Virus record (IMG/VR): IMGVR_UViG_3300010885_020237
Location: 1-64,000 of that record
Source: a virus
Direction: 5' to 3' (one strand)
Length of the DNA: 64,000 nt
Under the pieces are notes generated by a model. The model made no database searches, was not told the origin of the DNA, and was given only the letters and a program-made list of their open reading frames with translations. Positions 46,316 through 57,343 of the stretch are shown here, piece after piece; position 1 is the stretch's first letter; every line of letters begins with the position of its first letter. The translations under genes were made by a program, and so were the position numbers.

Positions 46316-46948
46316 CTATTCAGTAGGGCGAGAGAATTTAGAATAGTCTCCACCGATATAGTCAATAAGACCGAAGAAATTTGCATTTGCCGCCATAATT
46401 AATCTTTGGTTCGTATCTATTATGCCGGCTCTTGTGTCGTATTGATTTATTCTTTTTGAATTCAATGAGCCAGTTAATTTCCATCTTATTTTTACAGTTT
46501 GTAATAATGATGTATCATATCCAGCAGTACCATTAGTAATTTGTAAATAATCTAATGGCGATATTTCAGTGATATATCCATTTTCATTTATTTTTTTCAT
46601 GAAATATCTATCTATATAACCAAGATCGTAATCGCTCTGTATTGGTTTTGGAAAATATCCGCTAGGAAATTTTGATTGATTAGATACTATCTTTGTTACA
46701 TTCGCTAATTGCTGTTTAAGAGCTTGAGGAGCTTTCATATTAGAAAGTCCAGCTATAGATACATTAGCTACAGATACCGGCTCTAAAAATTCATTAGATC
46801 CTACTATAGGATTTGCTCCAGCAAAAGAACTACCTTCTGATGTGGTATAATAAAGTCCAACATACGGAATTCCATTTAATCGAAAAGAACCACCTTTTGT
46901 AATTTGATTTGTTTTTACTTTAAAAGATGGATAGTATCTTACTGGCAT
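46316..46948 (-). CDS. hypothetical virion/baseplate-associated protein
   Basis: Last gene of tail operon; P...DY..GYIDRYF. Confidence 0.55.
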   Translation of the reverse strand: MPVRYYPSFKVKTNQITKGGSFRLNGIPYVGLYYTTSEGSSFAGANPIVGSNEFLEPVSVANVSIAGLSNMKAPQALKQQLANVTKIVSNQSKFPSGYFPKPIQSDYDLGYIDRYFMKKINENGYITEISPLDYLQITNGTAGYDTSLLQTVKIRWKLTGSLNSKRINQYDTRAGIIDTNQRLIMAANANFFGLIDYIGGDYSKFSRPTE

Positions 46949-46950
46949 AG

Positions 46951-49900
46951 TTATGGTAGATTTGATACATGAATGTGATTATCGTGAGTTCCTGCTCTGT
47001 CATATCCAAAAGTTAATACAGATTTAGGATTTCCGTTTTCTTGATTTTTTTTATAGCTTAATTTTTCTAATTCGCTCACAAATTTATCTACGCTTATTTT
47101 AACTTTTTCATCTCTACTTACAGATTTTCCATCTATTATAGATATATCAACTGCGTTTCCGGATTCATGTCTACTTGTACCAGGATGAGATTTATGCCCT
47201 GTTATTGCTGTTGTAATGGTGACTTGTACACCTGCGGATTTAGCCGCATCATTTATGTCTTTTAATAAGCTATCTTTTATTTTGTCTGTTTCAGGAGTTG
47301 AATCTTTTGAGCTAGCAAATGATATATTACTATAGTTTTTACTTTTAGCTATTGAATAATTTGAATAATTTATTGTAGAATTAAAAATATCAAGAGCGTT
47401 ATTTTCGATATTAACTATATCTATCGTTTGTTTATTATAAGTTGTGTTTAGTGTCTCACCATTAAAAGCGCCTTGATCTTTAATTAATATCATACTACCC
47501 TTTATAGAAGTGTCCCATACATTCCCCTGTATAACGTGATTTATTCCCACTGTCGCAAACGCTACTTTGGCATTTTCAGTTGGATTCTGCACACTTTTAA
47601 TAGTCGGTGTTTGTCTAGCAGAATAAGTGTAAGGTAAAATCTCTTGCGGTATGGTGAATGCTTGCCCTATATTAAATCCAGATATACCGTCAGTTGTAAA
47701 ATTAACTGATACTGGTATCATTGCGGATGCTCTTGTAGGGCCTTCTTGATTCATTTTTTTACTCATCCTATTAATATAATAATTGGTTGCTTGACCTACA
47801 CTATCTTTATTAGGTTTTGCATTCTTACCATAATAAGATATAATTGTGTCATTAAACTTTTGCGCTGTTATTAACTCAGAATCATACTTAGCCTCTTGTT
47901 TTTGCTGATCTTTTGCTTTATTCGTTTTTATTTCTTCGGGGGTTAATTCTTTTTTTACTGGAATATATCTGTCTAAAAAAGAATTATTTATAAAACCAAA
48001 GCTTGATGCATTGATCGAATTCGCGGATTGATCGCTTGGGTTTGAATTAGCGGATATTGCCACCATATTCGCAAGATTGCTTCCTATCTCTGTTTGTATA
48101 TTAATAGACTTTGCAATGGATTTAACGCCAAACAGCGGAATTTGATCAGTAGCTGTTTGACCGACCTCCTTTTCTCCAGGTGCTAATGGCTGTATTTGAT
48201 CATCTACAATTGCAAAACAGTTGGATGGATCATCATAAGAGATTCTAAATACGTTTATGCCACCTAAAGACTTATTTAAATCTTTTATTAATTGCTCTAA
48301 AAATGGTTTTAGGTAAACATCATTCATTCCATCATTGGCAGAAAAATCTTTTATTATATTTAATATGTATTCACAGCTAACCAATATTTTCATTGTTTTT
48401 CCTCTATATGCATCACTTCCTCCTATTTTGGCTCTAAATTCAGGTAATTTTTTAGATATAGCATCATCATTTTCCGGGTTAAATAAAGCAACATGGTCAC
48501 CATCAATTGGAGCTTTAATTGATATGCCTGATTTATCATCAGTATATATTGATCCAGATGGAAATAAAGTTGCATACTGTGCTTGTGAAGCTTGCATCGG
48601 TATTAAAAAATTAAATGCGTCAGTCGTTAATTGTACAGGATTAGTTAAGCAAAAGTTAGTTTCAGGATTATAATCTATATATACTACAGGTCTAGGTTTT
48701 ATTGGACCAGAATTATTATCCGAGGATTTTGATTCGTATATTGTGCACATTGAATTTAATATCATTAATAAAAATCCTAGTTGCACATATACTGGATGAA
48801 CTATATCACTTCCTCCTTCTATTGATTGATTAATATCATATGGAACTACATAAACTGTAGTAAGCGCATCATAGTCTACTGGGGGAATGCTATCTTCAAG
48901 TCTTTTATTGTAGTCTTCCCCATCTGCTTTTGCAGACATATAAGCTGTATTAAATCCGTATTTGGCAAATAAACGCATTTTAATATCTGAATTACTACCT
49001 ATTAAATTGTTTATATAGGCATTGTCTCCAGAATTCCAAGAAAAATCATCATTAATTTTTTTATCAAATAGATTAGATAAAAAATCATTATATATTCCGT
49101 ATTTAAATATGCCATCTATAAACTTTCTATTTTCTTTAGAAGATAATTGATAGGCATTTATTTTAGAACCAATATTTAAACCATTATCAGTTACCGCTTT
49201 AGTTAATGCGTAAAGCTCTATCGATTTTATTGCTAATTCTAAATTAGATTGATATGTTAAAGCTGATGATATCTGTTTTTGTAGAGTTGTTTGATCTATA
49301 GGCACTTCTTTACTTTGATCTTTTGTGTTTTGATCAGCTAAATTTTTAAGTTGATTTTGTATAGATAATAGTTGAGATTCTTTTGTTTTTTTTGCATTTT
49401 TTTGTTCAAAATCAGTAATCATTGAGACATCGTTAATAAATAGACCTATATTAAGATGATACTTTACATTTTCAGGCTCGCTTATTATTTCTCCAGAAGG
49501 CAATGGTGTAGTTTTTTTCCTTGCGTTTGGTATCTCGATATCTATTTGCTTATAGAGATTTAATCCGATAGTTTTATAGTCATTATTATTTATGCTTGTG
49601 TCTACATATATTCCCGTGGCGTCGTTGAAGTGGAAACTTCTGTGGAAACTTCTCGCAAAATAATTGTATTTACCTATAGAATCTACTTTCCATGGAGTAT
49701 TGTAGTCTTTTAATTGATCTGATATTAGATCATGTATTTTTAAAGATTGATATGGTATAGATCCATTAAGTGTATCTAATAGATTTATGCCTTGATCTGA
49801 TAGATTTATGGTCACATCTGCTCTATAATTTACTTCATTTACAGAATATTGAATAAATGTAACTACATTTTTATTATTTTCTGTTTGTATTTGTCCATAG

Positions 49901-51399
49901 TTAATATCTTTTCCTATCGTATCATTATATGTAAGAAATTGTGGATAATATAATGTATCTGTAAAAGATAGTATGTAAGTAAAATCTTTATCACTAGTCA
50001 AGGATGGCAGTAATGTACTTTTATTTTGTGATAAATTATTAATTGAATTTTGAATTCCAAAATTTGGAAAATTTGGATTAAAAAATTTATCATTTACATT
50101 AAATTTATTGTTTAATATGTCTAAATTTAAGTTAATCTTTGTATCTTCTGCTGCAAAGTCTGTCGCGACTAGAAAGTTTCTAACTTGTGGAATAGCAAAT
50201 TGATCTTTATTAAATTTATTATTAAAATAAAATGTATATCTGTTAAGACTTGAATCACTTTGCAATAGAATAAGATCTTTTACTGTTTGTTGTAAATTAG
50301 CATTTAATCTAAACGTGTTAGAAGAATCTGAACTATTTATTATGGAAAAACCAGGATCATTTGACCACCCATTATAAATGTCTTCATAGTAAGAATCCCC
50401 GCTAACATTTACCTCTAATTTTTTCTTTTCTTCAGCGAATTGCTCTTCTAATAATTTATTTCTTTTTTCTTGCTCTTCTTGCTCCTTTTTACTTGTTATT
50501 AAATTTATATATTGTCTAATTTGAAGATTTACTATAGTGGGTAAATTAGAAGGGTTATTTATTTTTAATGATCCTCCTAATGCGCCTAATCCAATTACTT
50601 TAATCATACAATCATATCCTGAATCTTGATTATAGGAAAATGTAAAATTGGTTACAATTCCAAGCATGCCATCATAATTACCACCAGTAGCTCTTACATT
50701 TTGAGCTATTTTAAGATTGATGGTTTCTTTTGTCATACCCTTCTCAAAAGGATTTAATGCATTAAATTCTGTATAATCAAATTGATTTTTATTGGCAAAT
50801 TCACTAAGGCTTTTAACATATACTGTGTGGCCCCATTCAATTAACATTGTGTATCCCAATTTAAAATATAGAGCATCAATAATATCTAATTCAGCCTTAG
50901 ACCATACTTTAAAATTAATAGTTGCCATTCTAATAGAACCTAATCTGCCTTGAGTATCTATCGTTGCGTCTGTGATACCTGGCATTGGTCTATATCCAGA
51001 GGTTTGAATCTCTTTATCACCTAACATTCCATAAGCTCCATCTTTTCCAAGACCTGATCGTAAAACTGATTTACTTGGATCTAAATATTGAGAAGTTCCG
51101 CCGAATAAAACATATTTTTTTGCCAAATCTTCTGCGTTAGATAGATCTGATATGCCTAACGTGTATTTAAAATAGTCAATATCATTCAATAAAGCAGTGT
51201 CTTTATCTGCATTTATATTGATTGAAGATACTACTCTAATCCAAGCAGTTTTATTCGCTCTATATATTGCGTTAAGATCTTCTTGACCTTTTGTTGCGCC
51301 GAAATAGGTATAATTAGATCTTATAGCGATTTGATCTTTTATCCACTGTGGTAATGCGGTTCCAAATACATTGGATATTTTATTGTCAAGAGATGGCAT
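46951..51399 (-). CDS. large baseplate hub/central spike-like protein with C-terminal M15-type Zn peptidase
   Basis: 1482 aa; RPMPGIT, LIEWG, NYDGMLG; C-terminal SRHESGNAVD...HDNHIH. Confidence 0.65.
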   Translation of the reverse strand: MPSLDNKISNVFGTALPQWIKDQIAIRSNYTYFGATKGQEDLNAIYRANKTAWIRVVSSININADKDTALLNDIDYFKYTLGISDLSNAEDLAKKYVLFGGTSQYLDPSKSVLRSGLGKDGAYGMLGDKEIQTSGYRPMPGITDATIDTQGRLGSIRMATINFKVWSKAELDIIDALYFKLGYTMLIEWGHTVYVKSLSEFANKNQFDYTEFNALNPFEKGMTKETINLKIAQNVRATGGNYDGMLGIVTNFTFSYNQDSGYDCMIKVIGLGALGGSLKINNPSNLPTIVNLQIRQYINLITSKKEQEEQEKRNKLLEEQFAEEKKKLEVNVSGDSYYEDIYNGWSNDPGFSIINSSDSSNTFRLNANLQQTVKDLILLQSDSSLNRYTFYFNNKFNKDQFAIPQVRNFLVATDFAAEDTKINLNLDILNNKFNVNDKFFNPNFPNFGIQNSINNLSQNKSTLLPSLTSDKDFTYILSFTDTLYYPQFLTYNDTIGKDINYGQIQTENNKNVVTFIQYSVNEVNYRADVTINLSDQGINLLDTLNGSIPYQSLKIHDLISDQLKDYNTPWKVDSIGKYNYFARSFHRSFHFNDATGIYVDTSINNNDYKTIGLNLYKQIDIEIPNARKKTTPLPSGEIISEPENVKYHLNIGLFINDVSMITDFEQKNAKKTKESQLLSIQNQLKNLADQNTKDQSKEVPIDQTTLQKQISSALTYQSNLELAIKSIELYALTKAVTDNGLNIGSKINAYQLSSKENRKFIDGIFKYGIYNDFLSNLFDKKINDDFSWNSGDNAYINNLIGSNSDIKMRLFAKYGFNTAYMSAKADGEDYNKRLEDSIPPVDYDALTTVYVVPYDINQSIEGGSDIVHPVYVQLGFLLMILNSMCTIYESKSSDNNSGPIKPRPVVYIDYNPETNFCLTNPVQLTTDAFNFLIPMQASQAQYATLFPSGSIYTDDKSGISIKAPIDGDHVALFNPENDDAISKKLPEFRAKIGGSDAYRGKTMKILVSCEYILNIIKDFSANDGMNDVYLKPFLEQLIKDLNKSLGGINVFRISYDDPSNCFAIVDDQIQPLAPGEKEVGQTATDQIPLFGVKSIAKSINIQTEIGSNLANMVAISANSNPSDQSANSINASSFGFINNSFLDRYIPVKKELTPEEIKTNKAKDQQKQEAKYDSELITAQKFNDTIISYYGKNAKPNKDSVGQATNYYINRMSKKMNQEGPTRASAMIPVSVNFTTDGISGFNIGQAFTIPQEILPYTYSARQTPTIKSVQNPTENAKVAFATVGINHVIQGNVWDTSIKGSMILIKDQGAFNGETLNTTYNKQTIDIVNIENNALDIFNSTINYSNYSIAKSKNYSNISFASSKDSTPETDKIKDSLLKDINDAAKSAGVQVTITTAITGHKSHPGTSRHESGNAVDISIIDGKSVSRDEKVKISVDKFVSELEKLSYKKNQENGNPKSVLTFGYDRAGTHDNHIHVSNLP

Positions 51400-51708
51400 T
51401 TATCTAATAGAGTTTACTTGTTTGTAACTATTTACGATTCCCACTATATTAGTAGGTACTCGCAATTGTATTCCTATTGGAGGATATAGGGAATCTCCTG
51501 ATAGTGAATTAGCAGATGCTAATATCCACCAAAAGTCTACATCTCCATAAAAATTTTGCGCTAATATATCTAATCTATCGCCTAAAGTTGTAATTATATA
51601 ATTATCATTATCGATTACAGGAATATCGGGATAAATATTATTTAAGAAGTATCTAGCTCCTACAGAATTAACTTTTGTTGATGGTATAGTTTGATATCTA
51701 TTGTACAT
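51400..51708 (-). CDS. LysM-like baseplate wedge/tail X protein
   Basis: GDRLDILAQNFYGD..FWWILASAN...G.QLRVP. Confidence 0.8.
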   Translation of the reverse strand: MYNRYQTIPSTKVNSVGARYFLNNIYPDIPVIDNDNYIITTLGDRLDILAQNFYGDVDFWWILASANSLSGDSLYPPIGIQLRVPTNIVGIVNSYKQVNSIR

Positions 51709-51712
51709 AATC

Positions 51713-53440
51713 TTATACTTTAATCTTTGGTAAATTGTTTAAATCGATTGTATTTTTAAACATATTTTTACCTTTTGTATAGTTTTTTTGTAATTCTGTT
51801 GCCGCTTTTTCTTGTTGGGGAGTAAGTGGTGGTGGACGTAGGGCATTATTAGATTTTGCGGTCACATAGTCTTTATTTCCTATTATTGCAGTTCCTACTG
51901 TTTTATCCTTATTGCCTCCAGGTACCCAACGTCTAGGTAATTCATCGAATATAGGATCGAATCCAACAGATACATCTATCATTTTAGGCAATTGTCCGCC
52001 ATTTGCTCTTGTTCCTTCAATTTCCCATGCGGTATTATTATCAACCGTTAAATTTACTGATGTCAATATTCCTGGCATTCTGTATAAATAGTCTCCTAAA
52101 GTTAATTTCACTAAAGGAGCTCTCATAAATCCTGACGCAGAATAATCTGGATACACTTGCGACACTAAATAATTTAATTTATTATAAAGTGGCTGCATTT
52201 CTTCTTGAGAAAATGCAACTACTCTAAATCCAAAACTTATTGATCTTTGAAAGCCTTGATAGGTTTTAAAAGTTTCACCTCTACCCATGTATTTAAATGA
52301 ATTCCATTCTCCAGTATTACTATCAGAAATTCCGCTAGTTAAAAATGCTCTAAATATAAGAGGTATAGATTCTCCAGGATAATCATTACTCATACATTCA
52401 AAACCAAACTTGATAACATCTTTATTATCAGTTAAATTTGTATAAGGATCTTTATCAGTTAATTTAAATTCATTAAATTTATTAAGTTTATCTTTGCCAT
52501 CAACAAAAAAGTTATAATCTACTCCATTAGCAAAATAATAATCCATTTGCGATTCAGAATCAATAACATTTCTAAAATCAGGAAAAGATTTAGTATTCAT
52601 ATTCTTGGAATACCCAGACTTTATTATATTTCGATTCATAATATTATTATAACTCATAGCAAACATATTGCCCTTTAAATCATATGCTTCCTCTGTGTTT
52701 GTTGATCTTTTTATAGTAGTAGATCCAACTCCATATACGGATCCCGGTCCGCCTAAATATTGAAATAGCAAATTATTATTTAGACTAATTCCAAGTCTAT
52801 TAACAGTGTTTATATTTTGAACATCTCTTGGCTTTTCTAGCTTAAGTTTTGCAAGTATTAATAATCTATTTGTGTCTTGTAAATTAGTTCCGGTAAGTAA
52901 TTTTTCTGCTCCAACTATATTCATATAATACTTAGAAAAAGTATCAATTGGAAATAAGCCGTGTCTAGGAATATGTGTTCCTGTTCCAGAAGCTAAAACT
53001 TGCGCTAATGTGTTTTGACCGTTATTGTATACTCTAGTATTTTCTATTACATCTAAATTAAGAGTTCCTCCCAATAAAGAGTTTAATCCACTAAGACCAC
53101 CAATAGATTGGCCAGTTTGCATTTTTGGATTAGATAATTGAAGACCAATTTGTTTTTGTAAAAACGCAGATCCTCTTGGTTTATCGTTAAAGAATTTTTT
53201 GATTCTATCTTTATCGATTTGTCCATTTAATAAAGCCGTTTGACCATTAATAAGACCTCCTCTAATTGGATAATCTAATCCGTTTATATTATTATTGTAG
53301 AAAGCTAATGCAGTAGGAGACGCAGTACCTAAATCAGGTATCGGAAACTGTTCATATGGTTGCCCAGACCAACCGTTTCCAAGTCTATCGCTACCAAATT
53401 TAAGAGACTTTAAAGAGGTTTTTAAATTTATTAAAGGCAT
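51713..53440 (-). CDS. baseplate/tail tube initiator-like protein
   Basis: FRAFL..ISD...EW...YMGRGE.F..Y.GF.RSISF.F, P.VKLTLGD. Confidence 0.65.
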   Translation of the reverse strand: MPLINLKTSLKSLKFGSDRLGNGWSGQPYEQFPIPDLGTASPTALAFYNNNINGLDYPIRGGLINGQTALLNGQIDKDRIKKFFNDKPRGSAFLQKQIGLQLSNPKMQTGQSIGGLSGLNSLLGGTLNLDVIENTRVYNNGQNTLAQVLASGTGTHIPRHGLFPIDTFSKYYMNIVGAEKLLTGTNLQDTNRLLILAKLKLEKPRDVQNINTVNRLGISLNNNLLFQYLGGPGSVYGVGSTTIKRSTNTEEAYDLKGNMFAMSYNNIMNRNIIKSGYSKNMNTKSFPDFRNVIDSESQMDYYFANGVDYNFFVDGKDKLNKFNEFKLTDKDPYTNLTDNKDVIKFGFECMSNDYPGESIPLIFRAFLTSGISDSNTGEWNSFKYMGRGETFKTYQGFQRSISFGFRVVAFSQEEMQPLYNKLNYLVSQVYPDYSASGFMRAPLVKLTLGDYLYRMPGILTSVNLTVDNNTAWEIEGTRANGGQLPKMIDVSVGFDPIFDELPRRWVPGGNKDKTVGTAIIGNKDYVTAKSNNALRPPPLTPQQEKAATELQKNYTKGKNMFKNTIDLNNLPKIKV

Positions 53441-53465
53441 AATTAACGTGTTTATTATTTATTTA

Positions 53466-55673
53466 TTAGTAACCTGTTTGCCAATCTGTCTCTTTGTGAG
53501 TAGACTCATTATAAACTTTCCATTGAGTTTTTGAAGGATCACGTGGATCTCGCCTTTGTTCAACTCTTAAATTAACATTGGTTTCTCCAGGTTTAATTAA
53601 TCCCGCTGATACCGCCATTTGATTCATATTCGCTGATTTTTTTGCAGCATTGGCAGATACTGATTCGCCTCCTAGATCTCCGCCAATCGCTCTAATTTGA
53701 GCTCCCATATTCGCGGATCCTTCTTTAATGCTTTCTATAAAATCATTTGGTATTTGACCAAACGCTACGTAATCTAATCCTTCTAAAATATAATAAGCAG
53801 CTTTACCAATGAATTCAACTGCGGTGGCGAAAAAGTCTCTAACACCTTCTATTACTTTTCTGATATTTTCTGGTTTTGATAGATAATCAAAAAAGCTTTC
53901 TATCTTTTCAATAATTCCGCTTTTTTCAACAAAATCAGCTATAGATTGTTGTATTTTTTCCGTAAAAGCTCCAATTTTTTCTTGTATAGAAGAATTTGTT
54001 AAGTTTTGATAGGCTTCTTCGCCTGTTAATTTTACTATCTCTTCTTTAGTTTTTCCTTGCGCTTTTAAAGCTTGTACTTTTGCTTGAGCGTCTTTAAGAT
54101 CTCTTGCTCCTAATCGACTTAATAGCTCTTGCTGTTTAAGCATATCACCCAATTGATCTCTGGACATCCCGAAAGCTTTGGCCATTGATTCAGCTTGAAT
54201 TCTATTCATGCTTAAAAATTGAGAAGAATTTCCTACTTGCGTTGATATCTCTTCAGCAGCGCCTGCTAAATCGTTATTTAAGAAAAGCTCTCTGGCTTTA
54301 GACAAATTAATGTTTTTCCCAGTTAATAATTGAGCTTCAAATTCACTTGATATACTTGATTCAAAATCTAAAAACGAACTTGCTAATGAATCTAATTGCT
54401 TTAATTCTAATCCCATTGATTTAACAGTAACTAAAGACTTGGTTAATTTTTCTGGATATTTCGCAAAAGAAAGTCCCAAATAGCCTCCAAAACTAGAGGC
54501 TTCTTTAAGTACTTTTTCATATTGAAAACTTATGCCTGTTGCATTTTTTAAAGCGCCAACTTGAGAAAGAATTGATTCAGTAGTTCCCTGTGCAGATTTT
54601 CCAGTAAGAATAGAAGATTCAAGAATAGCTTTTCTAGACTCTAATTCAAGACCTGGTATATCTTTTAGGTTGATACTAGTCATTAATTGTTCGTTCGTAA
54701 GTCGATTAGTAACTCCCAAAGCGTCAACCATTTCCAATTGCGCGTCTACCATTCTTTGAGAATTCACAAATAAATCTCCGCTAGTAATACTAAGATCCGC
54801 GAATTCCATTTTTATCTTTCTAGCCTCTTGGATAGAAATGTTCATGCCTCTTGCGAACTTAACTGTTTTGTCTTGTATTCCTACTATATAATCGAACGCC
54901 GATTTTAATCCGCTGACGATTCCGCCAATTGCGCCACCTATAAGAGGTAACATAGTTAATGGATCTTTTAAAGCTTCACCTATTCCTCCTGCTGCAGCTT
55001 TTCCTAAACTTTTTAATTTATCACCAAAAGTAAATTTTTCGCCTCGCTTATTTAATTCTTTGGCGTGTTCAACCATATCTTCAAAGTAATCATTACCTAA
55101 TCCTAAATTTTTAGCTAGACCTCCCATTACTTTACCAGTAAATCCTATACTTTTTGATACTTCTTTTTCTATAGCTAATTGCTCTTTCGCAATAGCTAAA
55201 CTTTCTTCTCCTATTTTTACTGTTTGAAGTGCATTTGCATAACTTTGTTCATCTATAGAAAGAATTTCAAATAAATTATCTTTCGTTTCAATTAACATTG
55301 CTTGTTCTTGCTCTAGTAGTTTTTTTTCTGCGCCGGTAGAAGTGTTTATTTGGTCTTGTAAATTATTAATAAATTTTAAATTATCTAAATAATCTTTTAC
55401 AGCATCGGTATTTGCGTATTCTAAATCTGTTAATTGTTTTTTAGCTGTATACTGTTTTTCTGTAGCTCTTTGAATCTCTTTATTTATGTCTTTAATATTT
55501 ATAGAACTTGTACTCATGGAATTTATACGAGCTTCTAATTTTTCGTATGATCTATCCATTTGTTTTAACAGATTAAGACTATCCTTTATAATGTCTTGAA
55601 AGTCTGTTTCACTCTTTAGCCTTCTTTTACTATCTTCTTGTAGATCTTTACTTATTTTTTTATCTGCAGCCAT
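53466..55673 (-). CDS. tape measure protein
   Basis: 735 aa helical, Ala/Gly-rich, located after tail tube and chaperones. Confidence 0.75.
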   Translation of the reverse strand: MAADKKISKDLQEDSKRRLKSETDFQDIIKDSLNLLKQMDRSYEKLEARINSMSTSSINIKDINKEIQRATEKQYTAKKQLTDLEYANTDAVKDYLDNLKFINNLQDQINTSTGAEKKLLEQEQAMLIETKDNLFEILSIDEQSYANALQTVKIGEESLAIAKEQLAIEKEVSKSIGFTGKVMGGLAKNLGLGNDYFEDMVEHAKELNKRGEKFTFGDKLKSLGKAAAGGIGEALKDPLTMLPLIGGAIGGIVSGLKSAFDYIVGIQDKTVKFARGMNISIQEARKIKMEFADLSITSGDLFVNSQRMVDAQLEMVDALGVTNRLTNEQLMTSINLKDIPGLELESRKAILESSILTGKSAQGTTESILSQVGALKNATGISFQYEKVLKEASSFGGYLGLSFAKYPEKLTKSLVTVKSMGLELKQLDSLASSFLDFESSISSEFEAQLLTGKNINLSKARELFLNNDLAGAAEEISTQVGNSSQFLSMNRIQAESMAKAFGMSRDQLGDMLKQQELLSRLGARDLKDAQAKVQALKAQGKTKEEIVKLTGEEAYQNLTNSSIQEKIGAFTEKIQQSIADFVEKSGIIEKIESFFDYLSKPENIRKVIEGVRDFFATAVEFIGKAAYYILEGLDYVAFGQIPNDFIESIKEGSANMGAQIRAIGGDLGGESVSANAAKKSANMNQMAVSAGLIKPGETNVNLRVEQRRDPRDPSKTQWKVYNESTHKETDWQTGY

Positions 55674-55710
55674 CTATAGTTTGTTTCTTAGATATAAATA
55701 TCGTTCTAAC

Positions 55711-56010
55711 CTATTTCTTTGATTTTACTTTTGATACATACGTAGGCTCCTTCTGCGAAGCTTTGTTCACATGATCAGGTATTTGCACCATTGTTTTAGG
55801 ATCAGTCTTGTCCGTTAGTTTTTCATTACCTTTATTCTTTAACTCTTCTACCTTCTCGAGGTGCTCGTTAATCTTTTTAAGATTGAAACGTCTATGTGGA
55901 ACCGGCATGTGCCACACCTCAGAATAACTAAAGCCTCCTCCCCCGTGATATACGAGTTCAAAGACTTCAGTCATAAAGATATTTTTATACGATGCCGAGG
56001 CCGGGAAAAA
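55711..56010 (-). CDS. tail assembly chaperone C-terminal part (possibly reached by frameshift; alternative ATG at 55974)
   Basis: ELVYHGGGGFSYSEVWHMPVPHRRF; overlaps upstream chaperone at TTCTTTTTTCCCG. Confidence 0.6.
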   Translation of the reverse strand, partial: FFPASASYKNIFMTEVFELVYHGGGGFSYSEVWHMPVPHRRFNLKKINEHLEKVEELKNKGNEKLTDKTDPKTMVQIPDHVNKASQKEPTYVSKVKSKK

Positions 56011-56749
56011 AGAATTCCGCTCCCATCGGTACATCGATAACTAATTCAGTTCCATCTTTAAAAGTAATGGTCGTAGACATATCGATGTCTGGAGTTACTT
56101 GTGCAATATATCTTCTAAGAGGATTAGAATCTCTAGCCAATAAAGCGCCTGAATCTATAAAGTCCCTAACAGTTTTTTGTGTTCTGTCTCCATTAACTGA
56201 AGTGATTTGATATTTTAATCTTTCACTTGCTCCTGGTTCGTAGCCTAAACTTTTTTTAATTGCTTTAGCCTCTTCATCAATTTTCTTATCGTCATCTACA
56301 GTTAAGATTTTAAATGTAACCACATTTTTACTGTAAGGCAATTCAAAAGTAACTTCTCCATTTTCAAAAAGGGACAAATCTACTTCTTTATAATTTAATT
56401 TTTGTAGATCCACTACAATAGCTTCTTCTTCTCCTGTATTAGGATTCTTAACCATTAAATTATAGTCTTTGCCATAACCTAAGATTCTCGCTGCAATTAG
56501 AAGCGCATTCCTGTCGCCCAGTAACAGATCCTCGTACGTGATCGGGGTTTTAATAAGTGACTTAAGCATCTTCTCTATCGCTAAGCCCTGACGTAACAGG
56601 TTCACATTGGTGAGTATATCCTCAGTTTTAGCAGTCATATAAGCCATCTCTACCTCTCCTGAGGCTAAAGCGCTATCTGCTGGGTACAATTTACCTTTAC
56701 TAGGTAAGTCAATCATTTCTGTCGGTGCGGTAAACTTTGATTCTGCCAT
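55985..56749 (-). CDS. tail/baseplate assembly chaperone (T4 gp26-like)
   Basis: IDLPSKGKLY, MTAKTEDIL, GDRNALLIAARILGYG, PDIDM, FFFP. Confidence 0.75.
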   Translation of the reverse strand: MAESKFTAPTEMIDLPSKGKLYPADSALASGEVEMAYMTAKTEDILTNVNLLRQGLAIEKMLKSLIKTPITYEDLLLGDRNALLIAARILGYGKDYNLMVKNPNTGEEEAIVVDLQKLNYKEVDLSLFENGEVTFELPYSKNVVTFKILTVDDDKKIDEEAKAIKKSLGYEPGASERLKYQITSVNGDRTQKTVRDFIDSGALLARDSNPLRRYIAQVTPDIDMSTTITFKDGTELVIDVPMGAEFFFPGLGIV

Positions 56750-56799
56750 AAATTATTTGTTGTTTTATATAAATATACAAATACGAAGTTTTCCTGCAT

Positions 56800-56827
56800 A
56801 AAAAAAGACTGCGGTGAAGCAATCTTT
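56800..56827 (-). terminator. intrinsic terminator after tail tube gene
   Basis: AAAGATTGC-TTCACC-GCAGTCTTT followed by T run. Confidence 0.7.
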
Positions 56828-56851
56828 CTTTTTATTGATGTGTGGTTTTGC

Positions 56852-57337
56852 CTAGTAATTTAGTTCTGCGTAGTCGAGTCCTAAAGTCAATGTTAATTCT
56901 GTAGGATCTGCTGTTGCCCAATCGTAAGAACCGAAAGAGGTTTCTTTAATGAAAGCTCCTTTGATAATCCACTCAGAGACTATGTCTCCAACTGGTCCTA
57001 AGATAGCTAAGCTACAATCTTTCTTATAAAAGTCAGAATAACCGTCTCTACCTGTAACTGATTCGTGGTGTAATCTTACCCATTCCATAATGGCTTGTTG
57101 GCCTGATGGAGAGATTGGACTGTATAAAGACAAGTTAATGTCTTTCCACTCTGCTTTACCTTTTAATTTGCGATAAACGTTAATGTGTTCAATCTTTATT
57201 TCACCCAAGGTAACACCAGGAGCGTCAGCCTTTTTAATTAGATAAGAAGGAATACCGTCTAGATAGAATACGAAGCGATTCTGAACCATTGGTTCGAAGG
57301 CGGTAAACATTATTTCATTGCTATCCAAAATTGGCAT
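56852..57337 (-). CDS. tail tube protein (T4 gp19-like)
   Basis: FEP..QNRF, GKAEW..I.L.LY, EWV, YKKD, LGPVGD..SEW.IKGAF. Confidence 0.9.
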   Translation of the reverse strand: MPILDSNEIMFTAFEPMVQNRFVFYLDGIPSYLIKKADAPGVTLGEIKIEHINVYRKLKGKAEWKDINLSLYSPISPSGQQAIMEWVRLHHESVTGRDGYSDFYKKDCSLAILGPVGDIVSEWIIKGAFIKETSFGSYDWATADPTELTLTLGLDYAELNY

Positions 57338-57343
57338 AATATT

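Noticed and set aside
49630-49653. Direct repeat gtggaaacttct x2 (RSFH-RSFH)
   Set aside because: Short in-frame duplication within a variable structural protein; no wider pattern
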